Assembly: GCA_963812135.1 (NCBI GenBank)
Contig: CAWETU010000001.1
Span: 704,001 to 768,000, forward strand
DNA from: Vulcanimicrobiota bacterium
Lineage (GTDB): Bacteria > Vulcanimicrobiota > Vulcanimicrobiia > Eremiobacterales > Eremiobacteraceae
Direction of reading: 5' to 3'
Length of the DNA stretch: 64,000 nt
Shown here: piece by piece, positions 38,699 to 48,588 of the stretch
Numbering within the stretch: position 1 is the stretch's first letter
Layout of the letters: each line of letters starts with the position of its first letter
Notes under the pieces: generated by a model
Database searches by the model: none
What the model saw: the letters and a program-made list of their open reading frames with translations, nothing else
What the model was told of the DNA's origin: nothing
Position numbers and translations under genes: made by a program

Positions 38699-39565
38699 GT
38701 GGATTGGCTGCTCGTCCCCTTGCAACAGGACTTCATGGTGCGCGCGCTCATCGCGTCGACGCTGATCGGCTTGGTCTGCAGCGTCGTCGGCGTCTACGTC
38801 GTGCTGCGCAACCTCGCGTTCATCGGCGACGGCATCGCGCACGCGTCATTCGCCGGTATTGTGATCGCGTATCTTCTCAAGTTCAATCTCTACGTCGGCG
38901 GACTCATCGTGGCGGTGCTCACGGCGCTTGGTATCGGCGCGATCAGCCGGCGTTCGGAGGTTTCGGTGGACACGGCGATCGGCGTCATGTTCACGTCGGT
39001 TTTCGCGTTGGGCGTGCTTCTCATGTCGAGGGCGCGCAACTACATCGTCGATCTGCAAGATTTCTTGTTCGGAAATGTGCTCGGCGTCGACCGGACGGAC
39101 ATCATCCTTGTCGCGAGTCTGACGTGCGGTGTCCTCATCATCATCTTCGCGCTGTACAAAGAGCTGCTGTTCGCGTCGTTTGATCCGCTCATGGCGCAGG
39201 CGAGCGGCCTGCCGGTGACCGCGCTGAGCAACTTGCTGCTCGTCATCCTCGGCGTGACCATCATCGTGTCGCTGCAGGCTGCCGGCATCGTGCTCGTCGC
39301 AGCGCTGTTGGTGACGCCGGCGGCGGCTGCGTTCCAGTTGACCAACCGTTTCGGCGCGATGATGGCGACGTCGGCGGCGATCGGCGTCGGCTCGGCGATC
39401 GTCGGTCTGTACGCGTCGTACTATCTCAACGCGGCGTCGGGCTCGACGATCGTGCTCACCGCGACGTTGTGCTTCTTCGCGGCGATGGCGTTCTCGCCCA
39501 AGCGCCGCTCGTTGCTCACCCAAGTGCTTGAGGCGCGCCGTCGTGCGCGATCGGCGACCCCATGA
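38699..39565 (+). CDS. znuB: Metal ABC transporter permease
   Basis: FIGDGIAHASFAG, LFGNVL, SFDP, GIVLVAALLVTPAAAA. Confidence 0.9.
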   Translation: MDWLLVPLQQDFMVRALIASTLIGLVCSVVGVYVVLRNLAFIGDGIAHASFAGIVIAYLLKFNLYVGGLIVAVLTALGIGAISRRSEVSVDTAIGVMFTSVFALGVLLMSRARNYIVDLQDFLFGNVLGVDRTDIILVASLTCGVLIIIFALYKELLFASFDPLMAQASGLPVTALSNLLLVILGVTIIVSLQAAGIVLVAALLVTPAAAAFQLTNRFGAMMATSAAIGVGSAIVGLYASYYLNAASGSTIVLTATLCFFAAMAFSPKRRSLLTQVLEARRRARSATP

Positions 39566-39999
39566 GCGCGAAACCGCGCGAGCGCGACGCCCTCGACGAG
39601 CGCTTGGCGCGCAGCGGCGGGCGTATGACCACGCAGCGCAAGACGATCGTCGCCGAATTCGAGCGGCTGCGCCGCTACGTGACCCCGCAAGAACTGCATC
39701 GCAGGCTCGCCGACAGCCGCCCGCGCATCGCGCTGGCCACTGTCTACCGGACGCTTGAAATGCTCGAGGGCATCGGCGCTGCGTCGCGCGCGCCGCGCGC
39801 GCATGGTGAAGCGGCATATCTGTTCTGCGCGCCGACGCACCATCACCACGCCGTCTGCACCCAATGCGGCAAGGTCGATGACGTGCCGTGCGGCTCGGTC
39901 GAACGCTTCGCGCGCACGCTTGCGAAAGGTCTGCGCTTCCAGCTGCGCCAGCACAGCCTCGAGTTCTACGGCGTGTGCGCCCGCTGCTCCGGCGCCTAG
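39562..39999 (+). CDS. zur: Fur-family regulator, probably Zur
   Basis: RMTTQR, ATVYRTL, HHHHAVCTQCG, FYGVCARC; last gene of the znu cluster. Confidence 0.82.
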   Translation: MSAKPRERDALDERLARSGGRMTTQRKTIVAEFERLRRYVTPQELHRRLADSRPRIALATVYRTLEMLEGIGAASRAPRAHGEAAYLFCAPTHHHHAVCTQCGKVDDVPCGSVERFARTLAKGLRFQLRQHSLEFYGVCARCSGA

Positions 40000-40069
40000 C
40001 GACTTTTCCGCAACGCCCCAGCGCCCGCACGCCAGGCCCGGCGCCGCGCCGACGCGAATGACGCGCGCC

Positions 40070-40741
40070 ATGCCCCAAAAGCCATCAGCGCCGCCCGTCG
40101 ATCGGACGGGCCGTATAGCGACGCTCGCGTTCGGCGTGTTCGTCATCATCGGCATCATCGCGCTCATCGCCTACACGATGACGCATCAGAACGCGCCCGC
40201 CGCGGTCAGTCCGGCGGCGACGCAGACCGCGACACCGGTGCCGCGGCCGAGCGAAACGCCGGGAACCCACTTCAAATCGCAAGGCCACCCCGGTCACGAC
40301 CAGAAGGACCCGAGCAAGATGGGCAGCTTCCGTTACAATTCGGATCCGCCCACGTCCGGGATGCATTTCGAAAAGTTTACCGACGCCCTCATCAACACGA
40401 AACCGCTGCCGAAGTACATACAAGTGCATGTGCTCGAGCACGGCAACGTGTTGCTGCAGTACAATTGCACCTGTCCGGACATAGCCGGCGCGTTGGCGCA
40501 GATCGCGTCGAGTTACAACAACCGCCAACTACCCGCGGGCAGCGCTGAGTTCACTCCTGATATCGTGCAAACGATCGAAGAGAATGGCTCTGGCGTGATC
40601 GTCGCGCCCTACCCGGGCATGAAATCCAAGATTGCGCTCACCGCGTGGACTCGGCTGCAGACCTTTGACGCGATCGATCAGGCGAGCATGGTGCGCTTCA
40701 TCAACGCCTACTTGACCAATCAGGAGAACGCCGCTCAGTGA
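40070..40741 (+). CDS. DUF3105-like membrane-anchored protein, paralog 1
   Basis: TM; SQGH, YNSDPPTSGMH, VHVLEHGNVLLQYNCTC, IALTAW. Confidence 0.78.
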   Translation: MPQKPSAPPVDRTGRIATLAFGVFVIIGIIALIAYTMTHQNAPAAVSPAATQTATPVPRPSETPGTHFKSQGHPGHDQKDPSKMGSFRYNSDPPTSGMHFEKFTDALINTKPLPKYIQVHVLEHGNVLLQYNCTCPDIAGALAQIASSYNNRQLPAGSAEFTPDIVQTIEENGSGVIVAPYPGMKSKIALTAWTRLQTFDAIDQASMVRFINAYLTNQENAAQ

Positions 40742-41373
40742 AACTGACGAACAGCATCGTGCCTGCCGCGGCGATCGCAGCGCTCGTCCTGGCCGGCTGC
40801 GCCAAGGGCGACAGCAACACGAGCGCCGCCGCATCGCCTTCCGCCGCCTCGCTCGCGGCAGCCCCGAGCTCCTCGCCGCAGACGATCGCGCTGACGTTTT
40901 TGGGCACACACTACCCCTCGCAAGGCCACCGGCATTTCGACCCGGGCGAGTCGACCAAGTTCGCCTACAACTCGGACCCGCCGACGTCCGGCCCCCACTT
41001 GGAGATGTTCAGCTCTTCGTTCAACAACGCGACGCCGCTGCCGGCGTTCGTCCAAGCCCACCTGCTCGAGCACGGCAATATCTTGCTGCAATACAACTGC
41101 AACTGCCCCGATATCGCCGGCGCGCTTTATCAGATCGCGTACAAGTACGACAGCCGGCTCATCCCGCCGGACCAGATGCAGGCGACGCCGGCCCAAGTGC
41201 AGGCCGCCGAAGAGGCCGGTGAGTCGGTCGTCGTGGCGCCGTATCCGGGGATGAAGCACAAGATCGCGCTGACGGCGTGGACCCGCCTCGGCACGCTCGA
41301 CTCGATCGATCAGGCCAAGATCGAATCGTTCATCAACGCGTACCTGCACAACCAAGCGAACACCGCGCAATAA
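40738..41373 (+). CDS. DUF3105-like lipoprotein, paralog 2
   Basis: Lipobox LAGC; SQGHRH, YNSDPPTSGPH, AHLLEHGNILLQYNCNC, IALTAW. Confidence 0.8.
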   Translation: MKLTNSIVPAAAIAALVLAGCAKGDSNTSAAASPSAASLAAAPSSSPQTIALTFLGTHYPSQGHRHFDPGESTKFAYNSDPPTSGPHLEMFSSSFNNATPLPAFVQAHLLEHGNILLQYNCNCPDIAGALYQIAYKYDSRLIPPDQMQATPAQVQAAEEAGESVVVAPYPGMKHKIALTAWTRLGTLDSIDQAKIESFINAYLHNQANTAQ

Positions 41374-41379
41374 CCACTG

Positions 41380-43656
41380 TCACGGAATCGGTGCCGTGAT
41401 CTGCGCGGTGAATTGGAAACCGCGCGCGTATTGCGTCGTGTTGAACCCGTTGTTGAGTTTGATCAGGTACTGGTTGTTCGTGATATTCGTGGCCTGCAGT
41501 TGATAGCCGAAGCGACCCGGCGCTGCGAGACGGCCGACCGACGCATTGAGCTCCCAGTGCGCGGGCAACCGGCCAGGTCCGTTTTCGAACTGGACCGGGA
41601 AGCCGCTGCCGTAAATCGTCTGGAGACTCGCGTACATCGACCGGTCGGGTGAGAAGCGCCACGTGTATCCGGTGTTGAGCGTGTTGGTTTGATCATGATC
41701 CTCTGGCGCATATCCGTTCGCGCCTTGCAGCTGATCCGGCGAGAACAAGAACGTGCCGCCCGAGATGCCGGATGCGACTGATTGCGACAATCCGTACGAG
41801 ACGAAGTACGTATTGCCGTTGTCCTGCGTGCCCGTCACGCTCAGCTCGATTCCCTGAGCCCGGCCGGCGGTAGAGTTGAAGATCGTGAAGATCGGCGTCG
41901 AGCCGATCTGCGTCGTGTCGAGCACGTTGGCGACCGCACGCGCCCAGTAGTTCACGTACCACTTCGACCGCGGGTCGATTTGATGGGAAAAGCCGAACTC
42001 GTAGATCGAGTCGGTCTCGGGCTTGAGATCGTATACCGGCAAGCCTGAACCCCCGCTGACCACTACCGCGGAACGTCGCGTGTCTTCGAGCGCGGGCGCG
42101 GCATAAAGCCGCCCGTAGTACGCGTGGACGACGTCTTTAGGGTTGAGCGTCTGATAGTCGAGCTCGATGCGCGGGCTCACCTGATTGCCATCGGTGAAAC
42201 CGGTCGAGCGGTCGTAGCGCAGGCCGACATTGGCGGTGAAGGCCGATGACAAGATGCGCTTATCCTCGGCATAGATGCCGAAGTTCGTGCCGTTCTGCGA
42301 TACGTTGTCGTCGAAGCGCTGCAACGTCATGCTCGAGTCGATGAATTGGATGTTGAAGAGGCTCGTGAAGTTCTCGGTATAGGCCGTGAAGCCCATCTTG
42401 ACGTTGTCGCGCGGGTCGGTGCGGAACCACGTCGTCGTCAGGCCGTAATACGTCCCAACGCGGTCTTGGAACGTCGACGTCGCCGCGGTGCCGGCGAGAT
42501 CGTTGGGCGGATCGGGGAAGTACCTTACTTGGCCGCGGTTGTACCACGGCGCGATCTCAAGATAGCCTTGGCCGTCGCCGCTGAGCCGGTTGAAGATGAG
42601 GTTCGCGTATTGGCCGTTCTCATACTGATTGTCGTCAGTTCCGGGCGGCACGAAGCTCGGGCTGGCCGGGTTCGTGTCGATCGGGATCTGGAACGTGGCG
42701 AACAGGTTCGAGAAATGCAGCGCCCATGAGTCGCGCTTGTCAGGGTCGTACGTCAGCCGCAAGAATTCGTTCGATTGGCTCGCGGCGTCGTGTACCGGGT
42801 TGATCGTCGGCGTGTCCAGCCCGCGATCGGAACGCGTGAGGCCGAGCGAGACATAGCCCTTGAACGCATCGCCGCCAAAGGATTCGCTCAGCTGCCCCTG
42901 GGCGGACGCATAGTTCCCGCCGGTCAACACGATGTCGCCGCCGTTTCCGGACGGGCGCCTGGTGATGATGTTCACGACGCCGCCCTGGCGGCTGCCGCCG
43001 AACTCGGCTGGGAACGAGCCCGTGTAGACCTCGAGCGAACCGATGTCGCGGGGATCGAGGACCTCGGCGAACGACGATGAGGTCGTCTGCGGAACGGGCA
43101 CGCCGTCGATCTGATAGGCCACGCCGTGAAAACCGCGCACGACAGGCTCATCGTACGAGAAGGGCACGACGCCTGGCACCGTCGCCGTGACGTTGGCGAG
43201 TTTGAAATTGCTCGGCAGCGTCCGCACGAACGACGGCGTGAGGACGGCGACGCTTACCGGATGTCCAGCCTTGGCGACGGTGACGACACTCCCGAGCGTT
43301 TTCTTCGTGAGATGGAAATCGAGCACCGTGGAGCTGCCGGTGCTTACGGTCACCACGCCGCTTTGCGTGCCCAGAGCAGGCGCGCTTGCCGTGACGGTGT
43401 ACGTGTCGAACACGACGCGAGCGAACACGTAGCGTCCGTCGCTGCGCGTGACGGTATGGTCGGTCGTGCCTTCGCCGCTCTTGATGATCACCGTCGCATT
43501 CGCGACAGGCTTATCGTTGTCGTCGAAGACCGTGCCTTGGATCGCTCCATACGTGCTGGCGGCAGCGGGAGTTCCCACACACAGCAGCGCCGGGATGATG
43601 AGAAGAGAGAGCGCGACAAGCGCGCGCGCACGCGAATAAACAGAAAGAATACGCAA
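41380..43656 (-). CDS. TonB-dependent-receptor-like outer-membrane protein 1, with N-terminal carboxypeptidase-regulatory-like domain
   Basis: Signal peptide; GTVFD...PVANATV; plug (YQIDGVPV, VYTGSFPAEFGG...GVVNIIT); barrel motifs GLRYD, SPRI, PETD. TTG 43656 chosen as start because of a GGAGG RBS. Confidence 0.85.
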   Translation of the reverse strand: MRILSVYSRARALVALSLLIIPALLCVGTPAAASTYGAIQGTVFDDNDKPVANATVIIKSGEGTTDHTVTRSDGRYVFARVVFDTYTVTASAPALGTQSGVVTVSTGSSTVLDFHLTKKTLGSVVTVAKAGHPVSVAVLTPSFVRTLPSNFKLANVTATVPGVVPFSYDEPVVRGFHGVAYQIDGVPVPQTTSSSFAEVLDPRDIGSLEVYTGSFPAEFGGSRQGGVVNIITRRPSGNGGDIVLTGGNYASAQGQLSESFGGDAFKGYVSLGLTRSDRGLDTPTINPVHDAASQSNEFLRLTYDPDKRDSWALHFSNLFATFQIPIDTNPASPSFVPPGTDDNQYENGQYANLIFNRLSGDGQGYLEIAPWYNRGQVRYFPDPPNDLAGTAATSTFQDRVGTYYGLTTTWFRTDPRDNVKMGFTAYTENFTSLFNIQFIDSSMTLQRFDDNVSQNGTNFGIYAEDKRILSSAFTANVGLRYDRSTGFTDGNQVSPRIELDYQTLNPKDVVHAYYGRLYAAPALEDTRRSAVVVSGGSGLPVYDLKPETDSIYEFGFSHQIDPRSKWYVNYWARAVANVLDTTQIGSTPIFTIFNSTAGRAQGIELSVTGTQDNGNTYFVSYGLSQSVASGISGGTFLFSPDQLQGANGYAPEDHDQTNTLNTGYTWRFSPDRSMYASLQTIYGSGFPVQFENGPGRLPAHWELNASVGRLAAPGRFGYQLQATNITNNQYLIKLNNGFNTTQYARGFQFTAQITAPIP

Positions 43657-43713
43657 GGAAATGGCCTCCACAAGGGTGTGGCGGCCAAAGGGCGGGATGC
43701 CGGTTTTGGCCGC

Positions 43714-44386
43714 CTATGCTACAAGGGCAGCGAACACCGGAGGAGGACGGCTGGCGATGTGGCGCGCCAGTAGGGGCGGAGCGGGCGACGCTGCGGCAAG
43801 CGCGAGCGTGCGCAACTGCGGCGCGCAGTGCGGGCGGACCGGTTGCGACAGCCGGTCGATCGCGACCAGCACGAAGCGCGCGATGGCGGCGACGCTTTCA
43901 CACGCCGCACGCGCGAAGGCGCGCAGCGCGAGCGCGAGCGTCGCGCCGATGATGATGTGGACGAACGGGGCGCTGAAGTGGCCGGGTCCGAAAATCGCGC
44001 CCGAGCCCAAAACCGCCGTACGAAGAAAGCGCTTGTTCAGACAGCTCTCCGACGACGAGCGACATGAGCTGTAAACCGACGACCGTCGCGATCAGACGGC
44101 TGGGCGAAATCTCCCGCACTGCATCGAGCGCCGGCAACAGCCACTCGGCATCCTGGAACTTGTCGCGGGCGCTTTCGATCACGCCACGCGCGATGAGATA
44201 ACCGGCGATGAGCAGCAGGCCTAGTGCAAGGTAGGCAAAGGGCGACTGCAGCGAGTGGGTGTAATGCGCGGGGACGCCGCCGAAGAGATGCGCGTTTTCG
44301 ATGTTCAACTGCGTAGCATGGCCGAGCAGGGAGGCGCTCAACGCAACCGCCCCGACGAGCAACCAGCACACGTCCCTTCGAGCCAT
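43714..44386 (-). CDS. Multi-TM His-containing leader membrane protein ending in RPPP; split by a +1 frameshift at about 44001
   Basis: ORFs 43898..44386 and 43714..44010 join (…GGFGL-GAIFGPGHF…) if one base is removed from CCC 44000-44002. The product resembles 48589..49200 (GLQL..E motif; C-terminal RPPP). Confidence 0.7.
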
Positions 44387-44477
44387 CTTGATGAATACGG
44401 CCCGTTCAACCGCTGGACCTTTGCCGCAGCGCGGAAACGGGTTCAGGTGATTCTCAGATTGCCACGTCCAAGCGCGC

Positions 44478-45116
44478 CTACGCGCCCGCTTTATGCGCGG
44501 CCGCCAGCAACTGTGATTCCGGCATCTCGCCGCTGCCGGCGAACGTGATCGTCCCCTTGGCGTTCACGATGTAGATCGTCGGAAAGCCGTTGAGCCCCCA
44601 CGCTTGCGCGACCTTGAGATCGGCATCGAACGCCGACGGCCACGTGACGTTGAAGTACTTGTCGAACGAGTCGACGTCCGTCTGATTCTCCGGGATCGGA
44701 TTGCCCTGCGTCGAGCCCGCGGCGTACGGCGATCCCGTCACGGAAAGCATGCCGAAGCGCGACTCCGGCAGCTTGGCGCGCAGCGATCGCAAGACTCCGG
44801 TCATGCGCTGGCAATGCGGGCACCACGTCGCGAACAGTTCGAGCATGTACGGCTTGCCGGCAAACGTCGCGTTGGTGATCGGACCGAGCATCGTCTGCAC
44901 GGAGAAGGGCGGCGCCTGCTGGCCGGCTTTGTGCGGGGGCGGCACCGACGGGATCGCGTTGGGCGCGACGGCTGCGCTCGGCAGTTTGTGCATCTGGGTC
45001 CATGCGTAGACGACGATCGCCACCACGACGAGGACGCCGACGATCAGCGATACAATGGTGCCGGGCGCCGGTCCAGATCGCGCGCCGGAAGGTCGTGACG
45101 GTTGTCTCGCGCTCAA
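44478..45116 (-). CDS. Membrane-anchored TlpA/thioredoxin-like disulfide reductase
   Basis: TM; LFATWCPHC; GFPTIYIVN. Confidence 0.88.
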   Translation of the reverse strand: MSARQPSRPSGARSGPAPGTIVSLIVGVLVVVAIVVYAWTQMHKLPSAAVAPNAIPSVPPPHKAGQQAPPFSVQTMLGPITNATFAGKPYMLELFATWCPHCQRMTGVLRSLRAKLPESRFGMLSVTGSPYAAGSTQGNPIPENQTDVDSFDKYFNVTWPSAFDADLKVAQAWGLNGFPTIYIVNAKGTITFAGSGEMPESQLLAAAHKAGA

Positions 45117-45536
45117 TTCTTACCTCTTGCCGCTCGCATCATCGTCGGCTTGGTGTTCCTCGCCGCCGGTGTTTTGAAAGTGGGTCACGCGCCGGATCTC
45201 GGTTCCACCATCGTCGCGTTCCGGCTCGACTTGCCGCCCGCGTTCGTCGGTTTCGCGGCCATCGCTTTGCCGCTGTTTGAAATCGTGCTAGGCGTCTACC
45301 TGCTGCTCGGCTGGCAGCTGCGCATCGTCTCGATCGCGGCTTTCATCGTCTTGTTGATCTTCATCGCCGCGCTTGCCTCGGTCGTGATGCGCGGCATCCC
45401 GACCCCGTGCGGCTGCTTCGGGCCGGCCGAAACGGATCCGGTCACATGGTGGACGATCGCGCGCGATGGCGCCGCCATCATCCCGGCGGCTTATCTGGTG
45501 TGGTGGTCATGGCGCCGTGCGCCCGCGACGCCGTGA
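45102..45536 (+). CDS. MauE/DoxX family redox-associated membrane protein
   Basis: ARIIVGLVFLAAGVLK, LPLFEIVLG, CGCFG, RD. Confidence 0.82.
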   Translation: MSRAQFLPLAARIIVGLVFLAAGVLKVGHAPDLGSTIVAFRLDLPPAFVGFAAIALPLFEIVLGVYLLLGWQLRIVSIAAFIVLLIFIAALASVVMRGIPTPCGCFGPAETDPVTWWTIARDGAAIIPAAYLVWWSWRRAPATP

Positions 45537-45566
45537 CCATCCCAATGAGAACGATTGAGCTTAGCG

Positions 45567-46025
45567 CTATTTGACCATGTTCATGACGTCTGGGCCGATG
45601 CCGTGCACTTCGACGACCGTCTCGCCTTTGCACATCGCATAGTGATGCAATCCGGCGGGCAGCTCGACGAATGCGCCAGCAGGTAGCGTCACCATCTTCG
45701 CTGGATCCATCTTGTCGCCGATGCCGGCCATGAACGTGCCGCTCAGCACGGTGACCTGCTCAGATTGCGGATGCGAGTGCGGCGGGAACTTGAAGCCATC
45801 CTCGCATTTGTAGCGCGCGGCGTACTGGCCACCCGATTTAGTCGGATCGCCGAAGAGCACTGCGTACGAAACACCGGTCATCCCCTTGACGGGCTGCCAG
45901 TTCACGGCGCCCGGTTGGACGATGATGGGCGCCATAGGATTGGGCATGGCGATGGAGCTCGACGCGAGTCCGACGGCCGCCACCGCGAACACGACCGCAA
46001 ACGCGAGAACCTTACCCTTGTGCAT
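45567..46025 (-). CDS. Exported cupin domain protein
   Basis: Signal peptide; PPHSHPQSEQVTVLSG, HHYA. Confidence 0.82.
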   Translation of the reverse strand: MHKGKVLAFAVVFAVAAVGLASSSIAMPNPMAPIIVQPGAVNWQPVKGMTGVSYAVLFGDPTKSGGQYAARYKCEDGFKFPPHSHPQSEQVTVLSGTFMAGIGDKMDPAKMVTLPAGAFVELPAGLHHYAMCKGETVVEVHGIGPDVMNMVK

Positions 46026-46113
46026 GAGACCTCCTCACAAGCGCGGGTTAGATGTTCGGGCGGCATCTTGCACGTCGCTCGCAAGGCTACCCATTCGCGC
46101 CGGGACATCAAGT

Positions 46114-48502
46114 TCACTGGCCCGTGCCTAGCTTGATGCCAACATAGAAACGCACGGCCCGGCGCGTAATGGTTGCCCTGCGCGTTGAAGTACGTGATCC
46201 AGTACTGATGGTTGAGAAGGTTGTTGACGCGCACCCACGCCTGCGCGTTGGGCCCGATCGAGAAGCCTTTCTCCGCCGAGAAGATCGTGTGCGGGGTGTA
46301 CTTGCAAAAGCCCGGGGTGTCCGGCGGACAGGCCGCCGACGAAAGTCCGCTGCCGTACTCCTCGTCCATCGAGAACCAACCGCCGCGCGTGTCGTTGAAC
46401 ACGACGCCCGACGTCGCGCCATAACGCTGCTCGTGGTCTGCCGGCGTCCAATCGGTCGGTGACCCGAAGCACGGCGCGAGCAATTGCGTCTCGCAACCCT
46501 TGTTGACCGAATACGTGTGGTTGAAGCTCACGTAGAACCGGCCGTTATGGACGAGATTCTGCTGATAGTACGCGGTCTGCGTCGCGATGCGCCCGAGCGT
46601 ATAGTTGATGTCCTGGTGCAGCAGCGTGACGCCGACCTGCGTGTCGTCGATGAGATCCGTCGCGTTTTTCTGCATGATGCGCAGTCCTAGATCGCCGGGC
46701 CCGAGCGGCAGATGCCCGCCGATCTCGTAATCCGAATCGCGCTGCGGCTTGAGATCGAATTGCGCGATCGTCGGCTGCAGCGGCAGATTGAGCAAGAATG
46801 CGGCTCCCGGCGAGACGTTCTCGAATGAGAACGGCGTGAAGAACCGACCGTAGTACACGTACGCGCTTGCCCGTGGCGAGAAATACCGCGTGAACTTCAC
46901 GCGCGGGCTGAACTGCGTGAATCCCTGGTCGAACTGCGTCGAGAAGACCTGGAACGCGGTCCATCGCACGCCGTAGTCCAGCTCGTAGGCCGAGCCCATC
47001 AGCCAGCTGTCTTGGATGTATGCGACCTCGATGTGGCCGACGTTGGGCGAGTTATCGATCACCGGAAACGAGGCGAGCGGCGTCGATGGTGCGAGCAACG
47101 GCGCCAAATAGTTGCCCGGTTGCAGTGTGATGTCGTAGTACTTGGGCACGTTGGACATGTCGTACGACGCCCCCCAACGGATCGCGTGGACGCGGCTGCT
47201 CAACGCGTAGTCGAAGTTCAACAGGTAGTCGTTCGACGTGCGGTGATCGGCTAACGTGTTGGCGCACGTCACGTTGCTATAGTTCGGGATGGTGAGCGCG
47301 TTAAAGCAATCCGTCGGCATCCCGCCGTTGGCGGCGTTGAGCGCGAAGCCGTAGATCCAATCGTTGAGCGGATCGCCGAAGTCGCGGATCTGCGAGCGCC
47401 GATAGCCGCCGCCGAACGACATCGCGCCGTGGTCGCCGATCGCCTGCCGGAACTGGAGCGCGGCGAACGTATCGTCTTGGGTCTCGTTATCGTCCGAGCT
47501 CGCCGGCTGTCCGTCGTCGGTGGCCACCGGGATCTGGAACGTGCGATACGAGTGCGACAGCGTGAGATTCACGAAATTGCTGCCGCCGTTCCCATAAGGC
47601 AGCGTGTAGCGCACGAACTGATTGGCGTCACTCGCCTGGTTGTGCAACGATACGGCTTGGGGAGGATCCAGACCGCGCCCCGTGCTGCCGTTTTGGACTG
47701 CAAGCACGACCGAGCCATTGCCCACGCGATCGTGATAACCGAGCGTGCCGTCGAACGTGGAGAACGAACCCCCGTCAGCCTCGAACGTCGCACCCGGTCG
47801 CTCAACGTGGATGCCGGTTCGCGTGCTGATGTTGAGCACGGTGGCGAAGCGCTCGCCGTATTGCGCGGGATACGCGCCTTGGATCACGTCGACGAAGGCC
47901 GCATCGCCCGGGTTGAACTCGGAGCCGACGACACGATTGAGCGCTTGCGGCAGCGCGAGACCGTCAACGATATAGTTGATGTCGCCGTGATCGCCGTTGA
48001 TGTGCACGACGCCGTTGGCGCCGCGCGCTGCGCCTGGAAGCTGGATGAGCATTTCCGGAAAGCTGCCGCTAGCCGGCGTGCGCTCGAGGACAGTCGAGTT
48101 GAGGACCAGATCTGTGCCCGATCCGCGGATCGGCGCGCTGCGCACAGCGGACGCGGTGACGCTGCCGATCGTCTTGACGCTGATCTGGAGCGTGACGTCG
48201 GCGCCGCTCGCGGGCAGATCTACGGCGAGCGTGCCGCTGCCGCCGCTCGACGTGGCGATCAACGTGTACGAGCCAGGCGAGAGCGAGCCGAAACGGAAAC
48301 GACCTTCGGACGTCGTGCGAGCGGTCTGGACCACGTTGTTGCCTGTGGCCGTGACCGTCGCGTTCGCGACCGGCTTGCCGCTGCTCAAAACGGTGCCCGT
48401 CAGATACGCATTTGCCGCCATGCTCGGCAGCGGCGCCACGAGCGCGAGCACGATGGCGACAAACGATAGCGCCCGCACTGCGCGGGAAATAACCATGAAC
48501 AT
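46114..48502 (-). CDS. TonB-dependent-receptor-like outer-membrane protein 2; apparent +1 frameshift at about 46149 near the 3' end
   Basis: Paralog of 41380..43656 (PVANATV, YIVDG, GAYPAQYG, SPRV, DLIDDTQVG, DHEQ). Removing one base of AAA 46148-46150 gives a normal end APGRAFYVGIKLGTGQ* at 46114. Confidence 0.85.
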
Positions 48503-48528
48503 TTGAATTCCCTCTCGACAGATTAGAT

Positions 48529-48582
48529 GTAACGGTCGAGTTTAATCGACCGAACGAGTGTAGCGGTCGAATTTATCGACCG
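48529..48582 (+). repeat. Tandem pair of REP-like palindromes (copies 4 and 5)
   Basis: GTAA-CGGTCGA-gtttaa-TCGACCG and GTAG-CGGTCGA-attta-TCGACCG, 31-bp period. Confidence 0.8.
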
Positions 48583-48588
48583 GCACGC

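Noticed and set aside
44449..44460. Third Zur box upstream of leader 1 (GATTCTCAGAT), and a similar half-site near 45545
   Set aside because: Only half-sites; no symmetric partner.
45102..45116. Head-to-head overlap of the TlpA and MauE/DoxX ORFs
   Set aside because: Both starts are uncertain TTG calls; the overlap cannot be supported without TSS or proteomic data.
45902..46113. C-terminal extension of receptor 2 as a real domain
   Set aside because: It arises from the +1 frameshift and overlaps the cupin gene on the same strand.
48529..48582. Two 31-bp-period palindromic repeats as a mini CRISPR array
   Set aside because: Only two units with a ~7-nt spacer, no cas genes, and dispersed copies elsewhere; fits REPs.
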